A stretch of DNA of 64,000 bases. Source: Octopus sinensis. Its lineage: Eukaryota. The position numbers were made by a program, and so were the translations under genes. The notes under the pieces were generated by a model. That model saw only the letters and a program-made list of their open reading frames with translations. It did no database searches and was not told the DNA's origin. Below are positions 38,036 through 51,940 of the stretch, in pieces (within the stretch, counting starts at the first letter, position 1; each line of letters begins with the position of its first letter). The stretch covers positions 4,216,001-4,280,000 of the forward strand of contig NC_043002.1 of the NCBI RefSeq assembly GCF_006345805.1. Direction: 5' to 3'.

Positions 38036-38122
38036 ATATTTGGTAAACGTGGTTTTAGTCTTTAGACTGAGGCCATTCTGGACAAGGCCTTCAAGTGTAT
38101 ACAACCAATTACATCAACCACA

Positions 38123-38468
38123 GTAAAGAGTAAAGACCCCCCTCGATCATAAATGACCGTAGGATTGCACCTAGAAAGTTCCCCTCCGAGGCACAAGTTC
38201 GAGCAATATTATTTATGGAAGACCAGCAGTGGCCCAAGCATAGCAGCCTATCTTCTCCAAGCCACCGATGTTATCCAAGAGAAAAGCAAAAGGTCGATAC
38301 AGCTTGGCACCTGTGACGTCGCAACTCATTTCTACAGCTGAGTGAACTGGAGCAACGTGAAATAAAGTGTCTTGCTCAAGAACACAATATATAGCTCGGT
38401 CCCGAAATTGAACTCACTACCCCATTATTCTGAGTCCGACGCTTTAACCACTGAGGCATGCACCGTCA
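38123..38468 (-). mobile_element. SINE family C, copy 2 (older)
   Basis: Aligns along its length to 9107-9448. Confidence 0.82.
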
Positions 38469-38844
38469 ACCACACTACTACTTATTTTGTCGACCTCTGG
38501 AGGATGAAAGACAAAGTAAAGCTGGGCGGAAGTTGAACTGAGAGCGTAATAAGCAAAGCGTAGTGACCAAACACGACAAGGTATTTGGTCAAGGACTGCA
38601 TCGATTCTATCATCCACCTCTCAGGTGTTATATTTATACCTAAATTAGGTAAAATACCACATATTAAAAAGGCTAGCGAATGGATAAAGAGTGGGATTCA
38701 AGCATTTGTCAAATGCATTAGTGGGGCATAAGCAAAGGGATTTGCCTGTAGCGGAAATGTAAACTGTTTCGCGAACAAGAGTTTCTCAGAACTCTCGTTG
38801 TACAATAAATGCTGTGTTCATAGTTAATATTGCTTTCAAAGTAA

Positions 38845-39270
38845 GGCTGTGAGCTGGCAGAAACGTTAGCACGCCGGGCGAAATGCTTAACAGTATTTCA
38901 TCTGCCTTTACGTTCTGAGTTCAAATTCCGCCGAGGTCGACTTTGCCTTTCAACCTTTCGGGGTCGATAAATTAAGTACCAGTTACGCACAGGGGTCGAT
39001 GTAATCAACTTAATCCGTTTGTCTGTCCTTGTTTGTCCCTTCTATGTTTAGCTCCTTGTGGGCAATAAAGAAATAAGAAACATTAGCACATCGGGCGAAA
39101 TGCTTAGCAGTATTTCGTCTGCCTTTACGGTCTGAGTTCAAATTCTGCCGAGGTCGACTTTGCCTTTCATCCTTTCGGAGTCGATAAATTAAGTACCAGT
39201 TGCGTACTGGGGTCGATCTAATCGACTGGCCACCTCACCCAAAATTTCGGGCCTTGTGCCTAGAGTAGAA
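38845..39270 (+). mobile_element. SINE family A dimer
   Basis: Two head/core units; the junction re-enters at agaaac.ttagcac. Confidence 0.88.
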
Positions 39271-39388
39271 AAGAATATCGGTTTCAAAGTTTGGAACAAA
39301 GACAGCAATTTCGCGGGGTGGGTGGAGGTTAAGTTCATACCGGTTGACAAGCGGTGGTTAAAGACAGACGCAAGAACGAAGACATATA

Positions 39389-39530
<142 letters not shown>

Positions 39531-39848
39531 TATATGCAAAGTATGGGGGTTAGTTCACAGGTGATCTAAAGGATTAGTTACGCTAGGTAAGTGCTGTAAT
39601 GGATTACTAGGGCGCCGAGGTTATAGCCGAGATGGTGGTTATGGAGCCATTGCAGATTTCCGATGCAGTGGATATATAATTGTTTAACAGGACATTATAT
39701 ATTTCTTTACTAAAGAGGACATTATAATGGATCTACAAATCCAATTTCCCTGCATATCTCACATCTATTTTCATATTCCATAGTTTATCTAAATTAACTA
39801 TTGCTTAACCATTTTCTCACATCGTCTACGATGAAGGGATATAATAAA

Positions 39849-40250
39849 CTAGCAGTATCGCCCGGCGTTGCTCGGATTTGTAAGGGAAATAACTATATAA
39901 GCATTTTTAGAGATGTAAAGTATAATAGCCATCTCAATATGGATAACCACAAGGGGGGGGGGGCGTTACTCTAGCTTTTTACGTTCTGAGATTTAATAAT
40001 ACATTTTTAGAGAGTTACTTCCCTTATATTATAGCAAAAAGATGCATTAAAAATAGGGAAAAATGATGGTAAATTTTTTTTTAAATCGTAGACTCATCGT
40101 AGACGCGCGCTAATACCCAGGAGAGCTCGATATGAATCACGACTATAAGATACCGGTTTTGGTTACACTGCACCGCAAAATGTGGGAGTAGTTAGGAATC
40201 TAAATCGTAGGAGACAGACAGACAGACAACCTCTCTTTTATATATAAAGA
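39849..40250 (-). mobile_element. Non-autonomous Helitron, copy 2
   Basis: Reverse complement of 34887-35280 with A|TC...CTAG|T ends. Confidence 0.88.
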
Positions 40251-40324
40251 TATGCTGGAAACAGCTGTTAAACCTATTTATAAATGTTCACAGCCTTGTG
40301 TTTTTTATCTCATTCTGAAAAAAT

Positions 40325-40328
40325 CTAT

Positions 40329-40359
<31 letters not shown>

Positions 40360-40380
40360 CCTGTCTGTCTGCCTGTCTGC

Positions 40381-40474
<94 letters not shown>

Positions 40475-40493
40475 GTCTATCTATCTATCTATA
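40325..40493 (+). repeat. (TCTG)n(TCTA)n microsatellite
   Basis: Visible directly; abuts the Tx1 5' junction. Confidence 0.95.
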
Positions 40494-43465
40494 CAGCAAA
40501 GCACTAGCCATAGATAGAAATAGAGTAGAGGGTGAGCTAGTTAAGAAGCTAGAAGAGGCAATTAGAAGCGGCATCGCATCCGACGTTTTGGCGGCGAGGT
40601 TGGCCCTCGACCAACACTTCAACGCCAAACACGAAGGATGTGCTGTCAGAGCTAGGATGCGTGCTCTAAGGAACGAAGGTGTTGGAGCCGCGAGAGAGGC
40701 CGGGTGGCAGAGGCGCAACAGGGCAACAAAGCCACCATTCGGTCACTGGTAGATGAACAGGGGCGCGAATTGCTCGAGCCAAGTAAAATGTGTGAGGCCT
40801 TCAGCAGCATTTTGCCCGACTGTTCGGAACGAGTGGAGGGCAAGAACGTAGGGTGGACTTCAGTGCCTACCTACATAGCCTACCACGACTCTCGACAAGA
40901 AAGGCAGGGTGCTGCGAAGGTGCCATCACGGCGGCGGAAGTGCGGGAAGCGATGGCAGAATGCTCGAGGGACAAATCACCGGGTTTGGATGGTCTACCCT
41001 ACGAGCTTTACAATTGTATGCCAGACTTGTTTGGAGATCTCTTGGCGGCGGTGTACTGCAACTGGCAGCAAAACGGGAGCATTCCTGTTTTGTGAGCCGA
41101 GGAGCCGTAACACTGCTGAAGAAAGATCTAAACAAGGGAAATGTAATAGATAACTTTAGGCCCATCACTCTGCTTAATGCAGACTTGAAAATTTTGGCCA
41201 AGGTGCTAGCCAAGAGGTTGGCGCTTGTCATCGAGAAACTGGTCGACAAGGCGCAAACATGCGCCGTGCCAGGCCGGACCATCCATGACAACCTCCATCT
41301 GATGCGCTACATCATAGACAGGGTAGTTAACGAACCTGGCATGGGTGGGGCCCTGATCAACTTGGATCAATCAAAAGCCTTTGATAGGGTAGACCATCGA
41401 TACTTGGAGGCAGTCCTGAGAGCGGCTGGTTTCGGTCCCGTCTTCCGCGGCTGGATAGCTGCCTTGTACAGAGGCATCCGTTCGGTAATTCGCGTAAATG
41501 GACATCTATCGAGACCTTTCGACATTGCACGTTCGGTCCGTCAGGGATGCCCCCTCTCGGCGCTTCTATACGTATTGACTCTTGAGCCACTACTGCGGAA
41601 GCTGGCGACTCTAAGGGGCATCCCGCGAGAATTGGGATGCGGGACGAGCGTGTCTGCATACGCGGACGACGTCACCGTCATAGTGTCTAGCCACGAGCAC
41701 ATCGAGCTGGTCGGCGAGACACTGAAAAACTACGAAGCGGTGACAGGAGCGAAAATCAACCGGGAAAAGTCAGTGGGCTTGCGACTAGGCACCTGGAGAA
41801 GCAAGCCCATGCCGTCCACCAGCGCCTCCGTCGTGGGACGCTGGACCGACGGCCCGGTTGAGTTGCTCGGGGTCTGGTTTGGTCCGGCCTCCAAGTGGAG
41901 AAGAACTGGAACGAGATAACGAGTAGGGTGGTCACTCTCGCCCGGCAATGGGCCGAGAGGAACTGTCCCTAAAAGGTCGAGCGGAGGTGGCGAACACGTA
42001 CATCGCGTCCGTCATCTACTAAACTGCCTGACCGTCGTACCTTGTCCCGACCCTACCATCACCAAACTACAACGCATCCTCTTTCGCTTCTTGTGGAAAG
42101 GATGCGTCCCGATGGTCAGGCGATCCATTTGCTGTCAACACCCGTTAAGGAGGGCTGGGCATGCCATGGTTGATGATGCGCAGACACGCGCTGAGACTGC
42201 GACATCTCTGGCTCTATGTAGACGACGGTGAACAGGTGTGGTCGCCGTTTGTGAGGCACGCTTTCCCGCAGCTCGTCTCCATGACCGAACTGCAGTCGTG
42301 GATCAAAAAGAGGCCGAGGAAGGGCGAATGGCACCGCGAGTGTCGCGTTGCTCTCAAGCAACTCTGCCGTCCTGGGTCGACCTTAAGTGACTTCAACACA
42401 ACCAAAGCATTCTATAGGGGTTTAGTGGAGGGGAGGTACGACGACGAGCTCGGGGCGAACCTGGACGTCGACGAGGAGTACCTGACCCGCCTGTTCGGGA
42501 CGACTTTCGGGCCAGGGCCCATGGACAACTTCCAGAGATCCCTGGCCTGGCAGTGCTACCGAGAAGCGCTACCCCCGTTCGGGATAAGCTCTACAGACAC
42601 GGCTCGAGAAACACGGGGCGACCTGCCCGAGATGCGGTCAGAGCGACGAACCGTTCTGCACGCACTCGTTCAGTGTCCAACAATTTCCGACCTGTGGGCT
42701 TATGTCGAACAACTGCTGTCACGTGTGGGACGAGTCGGTTTATCAGCTGAGTCTATCGTCAATATTGTTACGCCTCCTTCCTTCAACGGGAAGGAGAGCT
42801 ATTTTCATCATCCTTGTGGCTATGGCGAAAGAATGTATCTGGTGGACGCGTCTGAAAGGATTGGAGACAAACACTTTCCTCTCTGGTCAATCTCTCATCA
42901 ACTTCTTCAAGTACCACTTGAAAAGGAAAGTGAGAGTAGAGGCAAGTTTTGTCTAGCGAATGTTTTAAAAAAAGATGGGTGAATGTAGCAAGAATGGCAC
43001 GTATGAATGACGAAGCCACCTTGAGCATAGTCCTATGAACCCAGAATCGAAACAGAGAGTTGCTTATTTGCAAAAAAAAAAAAAAAAAAAAAGAAATATA
43101 AAATGTGACTTCATTGACCGAGGTTACCGTGGTCTTTTCCGCAGGCTTTTCTTTCCACGGGTAAACCTCACCTGTCCTCCCCTTTACACTTCATATTGAC
43201 ATTTCTGTGATAACGATCCCTATTGATCATTTTTTTTTCCTCTCCCCCCCTTTTTTTTATTTTATTTTATTTTTTTTTATTTATTTATTTATTTTTTTTT
43301 AACCCCCCTTATTTTTGTCCTCTTTCTCTCCTTTTACGATCCCTTTTGATCGAACCTCCCCTCTTCCTTTTTTTTTTTTTTTTTTTTTTAATACCTTCAA
43401 AGAAAAGCTCTACCTTGTAATTTGTTCTATCTGTGTGCAGCCCTGTGTGGCTAATAAAGAAACAT
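40494..43465 (+). mobile_element. Tx1-clade (L1 group) LINE, 5'-truncated, frameshifted ORF2 plus 3' UTR
   Basis: SPGLDGLPYE, NFRPITLLNADLKILAK, LDQSKAFDRVDH, VRQGCPLS, YADD, a C-terminal CPRC..HALVQC knuckle, AATAAA at 43453 and an ATCT-type tail at 43466-43483. Confidence 0.95.
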
Positions 43466-43484
43466 ATCTATCTGTCTATCTATA

Positions 43485-43640
43485 CGACGTGCTTCTTTCA
43501 GTTTCCGTCTACCAAACCCACTCACAAGGCTTCGTTCGGCCCGAGGCTAAAGTTGAAAAGATTTGCCCAAGGTACCATGCAAGGGGCCTGAACGCGGAAC
43601 AATGTGATTGGGAGGCAAAATTCATACCACTTCAGACATT
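43485..43640 (-). mobile_element. SINE family B, 5' half
   Basis: gcttctttcagtttccgtctacc..caaggc..gcccaagg. Confidence 0.8.
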
Positions 43641-44335
43641 TCCTCGTAACTTAAAAAAAAAAAAAAAAACATGAGAGAAAGAAAGGAAGAACGAAAATGA
43701 GAAAACAAGCGGCGAGAGCAAAAGAATTTGAGAAAAATTTTTTTCTCCGGACAGATAAAAAAGAAAAGAAAAAAAAAAGAATAAGTAAAAATAAGGAAAT
43801 CAAAAAGAAAGAACCGCAAAGAAACTCGTTCTCCCACCAAACAAATAATGGTGATTCCTTCCTCCTCCAAAAGAATGGAAAAGTAAGAAGGATAAAAAAA
43901 AGAAATGATGTATATTAATCTCTTCGTAAATGATTCCAATCCATTTTCTTTGGACATTAATTTCCCCGTGGGGTAAATACATAATAACTAGAAGTGAAGA
44001 TGGCGGGAATGGGGGTTGGGGGGTGTGTGTGGTGGTGGTAGCAAAGACAGAAGGGAAGGGGGTGGTGGTGGTGGTGGTAATGTAATCACTTAAAGGGAAG
44101 CTGGGTGGTGTGGGAGGGAGAGAGCGGGGAATGAGAGAGAAAGACAACAACAACAACAGCAAAAAGCAAATTGTTTTTTTTTTTATTACAATCTGCTTTG
44201 GCGGCGATCACTGTTGCTGTTTAGCCCCAGGTCAACAGTGATCAGGCCTGATTGACCTCTGTGATATCAAAAGAAATTCCAGCCTCGCCCTCTCACTCCA
44301 CCGTCTTTATTCTATATCTACAATATCGTGTCATG

Positions 44336-44339
44336 TTTA

Positions 44340-44372
<33 letters not shown>

Positions 44373-44393
44373 CATTGTTGTTGTTGTTGTTGT

Positions 44394-44448
<55 letters not shown>

Positions 44449-44509
44449 ACTACTACTACTACTACTACTACTACTATTGTTATTGTTATTATTATTATTA
44501 TTATTGTTA

Positions 44510-44550
<41 letters not shown>

Positions 44551-44845
44551 GTTATTGTTATTATTATTAAGGCAGCGAGCTGGCAGAATCGTTAGCGCGC
44601 TGGACGAAATGCTTAGCGGTATTTCGTCTGCTGCTACGTTCTGAGTTCAAATTCCGCCGAGGTCGACTTTGCCTTTTATCTTTTCGAGGTCGATAAATTA
44701 AGTACCATATGAGTACTGGGGTCGATGTAATCGACTTAATCCGTTTGTCTGTCCTTGTTTGTCCCCTCTATGTTTAGCCCCTTGTGGGTAGTAAAGAAAT
44801 ATATTATTATTATCATTGTTGTTGTTGTTGTTGTTACTACTACTA

Positions 44846-44923
<78 letters not shown>

Positions 44924-44959
44924 TTGTTATTGTTATTATTATTATTATTATTATTGTTA

Positions 44960-45024
<65 letters not shown>

Positions 45025-45270
45025 GTTATTGTTATTATTATTAAGGCAGCGAGCTGGCAGAATCGTTAGCGCGCTGGACGAAATGCTTAGCGGTATTTCG
45101 TCTGCTGCTACGTTCTGAGTTCAAATTCCGCCGAGGTCGACTTTGCCTTTTATCTTTTCGGGGTCGATTAAATAAGTACCAGTTACGCACTGGGGTCGAT
45201 ATAATCGACTTAATCCGTTTGTCTGTCCTTGTTTGTCCTCTCTGTGTTTAGCGTGGGTAGTAAAGAAATA
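44336..45270 (+). repeat. Tandem duplication of a compound trinucleotide block plus SINE A
   Basis: The order (ATT)n-ATC-(TTG)n-(TAC)n-(TGC)n-(TAC)n-(TAT/TGT)n-SINE occurs twice, with the boundary at about 44790. The SINE heads share private variants. Confidence 0.88.
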
Positions 45271-45435
45271 GGTATATCGCTTGTCGCTACTTTCTGAGTT
45301 CAAATTCCTCCGTGGCCGACTTTGCCTTTCATCCTTTCGAGGTCGATAAATTAAGTACCATATGAGTACTGGGGTCGATGTAATCGCGACTAGTCTCCGC
45401 CATCAATTTCAGGCCTTGTGCCTATATTAAAAAGG

Positions 45436-45502
<67 letters not shown>

Positions 45503-45509
45503 TATTATC

Positions 45510-45840
45510 TATTGTCTTTGCACTGCTTCTAACGCTGGAAATGTACTACGGTACCAGCTGTTCAGTACCAGTAAACTAAGGTAATACCCTTTATTGTTCG
45601 AACAACATCCGGAGTATTCGAGCGGTTCCAAGCAGTGCTGTTTTCTGCAAGTGCTCCACCCTTATTGCAGCCACTATTTTTTCCATGTACTTCTCAAGAT
45701 TTTTACACACTGTCCCCAGGGCTCCGACAGTTATTGGTACTACTACTACCACCTTTTTCATCGATCACACCTGCTTAACCTCCCAAGCTAACCTGTCATA
45801 TCGACTTTTCTTTCTTGTCAGCATCGTTTGCTTTGTTTTC
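45510..45840 (-). mobile_element. R4/Dong-like RLE LINE, 3' fragment
   Basis: RYDRLAWEVKQ..KKVVVVVPITVGALGTVCKNLEKYMEKI..EHLQKTALLGTARILR, ending in (TAA)n (45437-45507). Confidence 0.75.
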
Positions 45841-46234
45841 AATTAACACTGTCTGGCTTCATATTCTCTATCTCATCTTATTATCAATAATATTAATACG
45901 CCAATTTGTTTTTTTGTACGTACCTGACGCGTGTGTCATGCTTAAGAGACAGAAATTGCTGAAAGAATAAAAAATTCTAAGTACATCCCCTCCTCCCCCT
46001 CTAAAAGAATGGAAAAGTAAGAAGGAAAAAAATGATGTGTATTAATCTCTTCGTAAACGATTCCATTCGATTTTTTTTGGACATTAATTTCCCGTTTGGT
46101 AAATACATGAATATATAGTTGTAATTTCTGGAAGAGATTTGAAACCACCACCTATATATTGTATTGCTACTTCTCAACACCCATGCCTACTGGGCCACAC
46201 TTCTTTCTATATTCTGCAACTGTCGCAATATACT

Positions 46235-46620
46235 TTTCTACTATAGGCACAATTCCTGACAATTTTTTGGGGGAGGGGATTAGTCGATTACATTGACCCC
46301 CGTGTTTGACTGGTTCTTAATTTATCGACCCCGAAAGGATGAGAAGCAAAGTCGACCTCGGCGGAATTTGAACTCAGAACGTAACGGCAGACGAAATGCC
46401 TATTTCTTTACTACCCACAAGGGGCTAAACACAGAGAGGACAAACAAGGACAGACAAACGGATTAAGTCGACCCCAGTGTGTAACTGGTACTTAATTTAT
46501 CGACCCCGAAAGGATGAAAGGCGAAGTCGACCTCGGCGGAATTTGAACTCAGAACGTAACGGCAGACGAAACACCGCTAAGTATTTCGCCCGGCGTGCTA
46601 ACGTTTCTGCCAGCTCGTTA
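46235..46620 (-). mobile_element. SINE family A dimer
   Basis: Head, two cores, junction at about 46400. Confidence 0.9.
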
Positions 46621-46713
46621 CAATAAAGAAACATTTGTCATGGCACCAGCACACAATTTACAGATGATTACATTTTTTTTATATTTTCCGTGAATTTTTC
46701 AGGGATCCAGCTA

Positions 46714-46766
<53 letters not shown>

Positions 46767-46870
46767 CATTATTATTATGTTTTTTACTTCTTTCTTCAAA
46801 TTTTCTTCCGTTTCTCGCCGAGTGTTTTCCATACACCTAGGGCAGGGAAGCTCATTGTATGCATTCCCAG

Positions 46871-46947
<77 letters not shown>

Positions 46948-47139
46948 TATAAGAGGCAGTAGGTGTGTGATATGAGGGATAAATTTGCTACTATTTTTTG
47001 ATGGGTCAAATGACCATGCAGAGAGAGAGAGAGAGGCCTACTTATTAGATGGTCGCCGCTGTCTGTCTGTCTGTCTGTCTGTTGTTGTTATTAGTGGTGG
47101 AGGTGGGTAGCAGTGTGGTGATATTAGTGTTCGTTGTTC

Positions 47140-47542
47140 GTGTTGTTGTTGCTGTTGCGAACGGTCTTTGTTCCAGAACGGTCTTCGTCCCAGAGCTCGC
47201 AAGATGGGAGAAGTCCGAAACGTGGTCCTTTTGCTATTCGTAAAACCCGCAGAAAAGAAAGCAGGTCAACCCCCGACACCGAGAGCATCGACGGATGGAT
47301 GAATGCGAAACCAGGCTCAGTGGTTGCGTAGGAAGTCGGGGGACAAGAAACAGGAAGAAAGAGTGAAAGAAAGTTGGAGCGAAAGAGTACAACAGGGGTC
47401 GCCACCACCCCCTGCCGGAGCCTCGTGGAGCTTTTAGGTGTTTTTGCTCAATAAACATACAAAACGCCCGGTCTGGGAATCGAAACCGCGATCCTCCGAC
47501 CGCGAGTCCGCTGCCCTAACCACTGGGCCATTGCGCCTCCAC
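47140..47542 (-). mobile_element. SINE family D, copy 2
   Basis: Aligns to 14586-14973; flanked by TTGCTG repeats. Confidence 0.85.
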
Positions 47543-47729
47543 TTGCTGTTGCTGTTGTTATTAGTGGCTGTGTTAGCGTTATTGTTCTTGTTGTTCTGGT
47601 TGGTGGCGTTATTTGATTGCTTATTTACTCAATCATTTCCAGTCTCACCCTCTTTTCGACTCGCGGATATAGAATATTCATGAATAACAGCAGGTCGAAG
47701 AGTTACAGAGAGAGAGAGAGAGAGAGAAG

Positions 47730-47768
<39 letters not shown>

Positions 47769-47926
47769 GGGCGATAGAGATAGAGGGGAGAGAGAGAGAG
47801 AAGGAGGAGAGCAAGTGAGAGATGAACTCTTCCTCTTTCACATCCATCCATCAAGACACAAATTACACACATTACACATACATATACACACACATACTTA
47901 TAGACACGCTCGGAGCGACACACCCA

Positions 47927-47973
<47 letters not shown>

Positions 47974-47995
47974 TACACATACACACACACACACA

Positions 47996-48026
<31 letters not shown>

Positions 48027-48879
48027 TCCTGGCGACCAGCAGACGATGAAAGACAGCTTAAGTAAATGTGTACACTGATATCATTATCTGTTTAGCATCC
48101 TCTGGTTTTTTCATGTTATTTGTACATCCATAATCATGACAATAGTGATGATGATGATGACGACGACGACGACAAAGAGGATTGTGGTGGTGGTGGTGGT
48201 GTTGATACTAGTGTTGGTGATAATCATGGTGTTGATAATGATGAAGATGATGTTGATGGAGAGCGATGAAGCTGATGATGGTAAAGATGATTTTGATGAT
48301 AACAATCGTTTTTTTATTTGTCACAAAAGCAACCGTGCAAGGGGATATGATAAGGGTATACGATGAAAACGGTGTTGGTGCTAGGGGTTGACAGAGGATC
48401 GATTAGGAAAAAACAGACAGGAAAAACAACAATGTGAAAGGATGTGAAATGAAACACCCTAACAGAAACAGCCAATTGAGGATAATCAAAAAACCCTCAT
48501 AGGTTTCGGATGTCATGGGAAAGTTCCCGCTCCTAGTTATGTTCTGTGGCCTATAGACATTTTCCAAACATGTCCAATCACTTGGAACATATTCATTACT
48601 CATTCGCACCTTTCAGCAATTTTACTTCGTCTTGAAATGGTGATATTTGAAGAAATTAGTGAAGACTTAACCGAAGGGGATATTTTCTATTCCCAGACTT
48701 TTCAATTTTGTTCACCCAACAACAATTTTCTCCAAAGGATCTCGATGATGATGATGAGTATTTTTATAGGTCACAAAGGCCCAAAACGCTGGAGACTACA
48801 AAGAAGAAAAAAGAAATACAGAAGCAAACAACACAACCAGTAAGAAACTGGGGCATTTAACCGCTAAATAACCGCTAAA

Positions 48880-49007
48880 TTACGAGGATGTAAATATGCC
48901 AACACTGGTTGTTAAGCGGTGGTGGGGGACCAATTTAGACACACACACACACATACATACACACAGACATATATATATATATATATATACATACATACAT
49001 ACATACA

Positions 49008-49043
<36 letters not shown>

Positions 49044-49262
49044 CATACGACGGGCTTCTGTCGTCAAGCGGTGGTGGGGGACAAACACACACACACACAT
49101 TCATACACGCCTGGCTTCTTTCAGTTTCCGTTTACCAAATCCATCCACAAGGCTTTGGTCGACTCGAGGCTAAAGTGGAGGACACTTGCCCAAGGTGCCA
49201 CGCAGTGGGATTGAACCCAGAACCAAGTGATTAGGAAGCAAGCGTCTTACCACACAACCACC
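48880..49262 (-). mobile_element. SINE family B with expanded internal microsatellite
   Basis: Head at about 49260, (TACA)n/(CA)n interior and a duplicated aagcggtggtgggg.ac motif. Confidence 0.78.
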
Positions 49263-50079
49263 TTTTCTTTTTTCTTTTTTTCTAATGAAAGACCAACCGC
49301 TGGTCACGTAGCGTCTCACTTCTCTGCACGATTCGCTTCAAAGGCACCGGCATTATGTCATTAACGATGTCATAAGCAAAACCAGAGTCAAACGGTCGGA
49401 ACGAGTATCGCAAGGAATTTTGTCCAAAGCTTTTACAATTCAGCCTACCCAGCATTCTAAACTGGAACTTTATTTTGTCTATCCTGGAAGGATGGAAGGC
49501 AAATTGGATCCTGTCGGGATTTGAACCCTTGACGTAAAGCGATGGAGCGAATGGTGCAAGGTATCTTGTCTGGCGCTCTAACGATTTTGCCAATCCAGTG
49601 TTTAAACGTATGTATGTATGTATGTATGTATGTATGTATGTATGTATGTATGTATGTATGTATGTATACACAAACATATACATACACCCCCACACACATA
49701 TACGTATACATACACACACACACATATATATTTTAAAACTGATGTAATACTTACAGTGTTTAATAGAATGAAGTAGCATGAAACAATTGTACCACTCTAC
49801 CTTGGATATCCTTGTTGTTTATTTTGATTATAATCCCCCCATTTGATTTATATGGATAATCCCATACTAATTTCTGGTGCCTTCAACTTAAGTACCATAT
49901 TCATCTGAATCTAAATTTTGCTGAACTTATATATATATATACATACATACACATTACATACATATTACATACACATACACTGTGTTTTTGTATGTTTTGA
50001 GATGCGTTTGTATAAATATGTGTGAGTGAATGTGTGTGCGTGAGTCTGTGTACGTGTTGTGTGTGTGTGTATGTGGTGT

Positions 50080-51940
50080 GTGTGTGTGCATGTGTGTGTG
50101 TATGTGTGTGTATGTGCGTGTGTGTGCATGTGTGTGTGTGTGTGCGTAAATCCGTATGCGTTTGCAAGAGGTTTCTTTGTCTTCTCAGTAAATCTGTTTG
50201 TAGAGATCTTGTAATGCGGACTTAAATAAATGTTTATTCCGCTGTCTGTGTAGATGTACAGGGGGCGCTGGCGACAGTTTGCAGACATGTAGAAGGTTGT
50301 ATGTGTAGGTGTGTGAAGCTATGTGTATGTACATATGTGCCAGTGTGTATGAGTGTCTCTCAATCTGTGTGTCTATGTGCATGTGTGATTATAAGTCTAA
50401 ATTTGCCACCAATTATGAATTTGAAAGCATGTTTGTGTGTGCGTGTATGAGTGTGCGTGCGTGCTTGTGTAGGTGTGTGTGTGTGTGAATATGTATGAGT
50501 ATAAAAGCATAGGTTTTGTGCTCGCATGTGTGTGTGTGTACAAGCATGGTTGTATGTGGTTGGATATGTGATTTGGTCACAGATGACTGGTGATTGGTTT
50601 GTAAATATGTGTATGTATTACACCTGTGTATGTGGGTGAGTATATATATGTATTTGTGTGTGTACGTATGTGTAGGAGGACTTCAGTGCCTGTGCGCCTG
50701 AGTGTGTATTAGTGCATATATATATATATATGCGTATGTAATGTGTGTGCGTGCGAGAGATTGTATATAACAATATGTGATTTTGTCATAGTCGACCAAC
50801 GATTGGCTTGGAGGCAAGTGTGTCTGTGTACACTCGCGTGTGCATATGCATGCATGTGAATATGTGTGTGCATTTGTGTATGTGCAAGTTCATGCATATT
50901 AATGAATGAATGCATGAATGTGGACTTGTGTATCTGCGTGCGTGGCGTGTGCATCGGTGAGTAAATGTGCGTGTCTATGTGCGTGTGTGCGTATGTGTGT
51001 GTGTGTTGTGTGCATGTGTGTGTGTATGTGTGTGTATGTGCGTGTTGTGTGCATGTGTGTGTGTGTGTGTGTGCGTAAATCCGTATGCGTTTCAAAGGTT
51101 TCTTTGTCTTCTTGTACCTTTGCAACTCAGTAAATCTGTTTGTAGAGATCTTGTAATGCGGACTTAAATAAATGTTTATTCCGCTGTCTGTGTAGATGTA
51201 CAGGGGGCGCTGGCGACAGTTTGCAGACATGTAGAAGGTTGTATGTGTAGGTGTGTGAAGCTATGTGTATGTACATATGTGCCAGTGTGTATGAGTGTCT
51301 CTCAATCTGTGTGTCTATGTATGCGTGTATGTGCATGTGTGATTATAAGTCTAAATTTGCCACCAATTATGAATTTGAAAGCATGTTTGTGTGTGCGTGT
51401 ATGAGTGTGCGTGCGTGCTTGTGTAGGTGTGTGTGTGTGTGATATGTATGAGTATAAAAGCATCGGTTTTGTGCTCGCATTGTGTGGGTGTGTACAAGCA
51501 TGGTTGTATGTGTTGGATATGTGATTTGGTCACAGATGACTGGTGATTGGTTTGTAAATATGTGTATGTATACACCTGTGTATGGTGGGTGAGATATTAT
51601 GTATTTGTGTGTGTACGTATGTGTAGGAGGACTTCAGTGCCTGTGCGCCTGAGTGTGTATTAGTGCATATATATATATATGGCGTATGTAATGTGTTGTG
51701 CGTGCGAAGTTGTATATAACAATATGTGATTTTGTCATAGTCGACCAACGATTGGCTTGGAGGCAAGTGTGTCTGTGTACACCGTCGCGTGTGCATATGC
51801 ATGCATGTGAATATGTGGTGGCATTTGGTATGTGCAAGTTCATGCATAATTAATGAATGATGCATGAATGTGGACTTGTGTATCTGCGTGCGTGGCGTGT
51901 GCATCGGTGAGTAAATGTGCGTGTCTATGTGCGTGTGTGC

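Noticed and set aside
44252-45118. Poly-Leu, poly-Tyr/Cys and poly-Thr/Ala/Ile ORFs
   Set aside because: These are translations of trinucleotide microsatellites ending in a SINE head.
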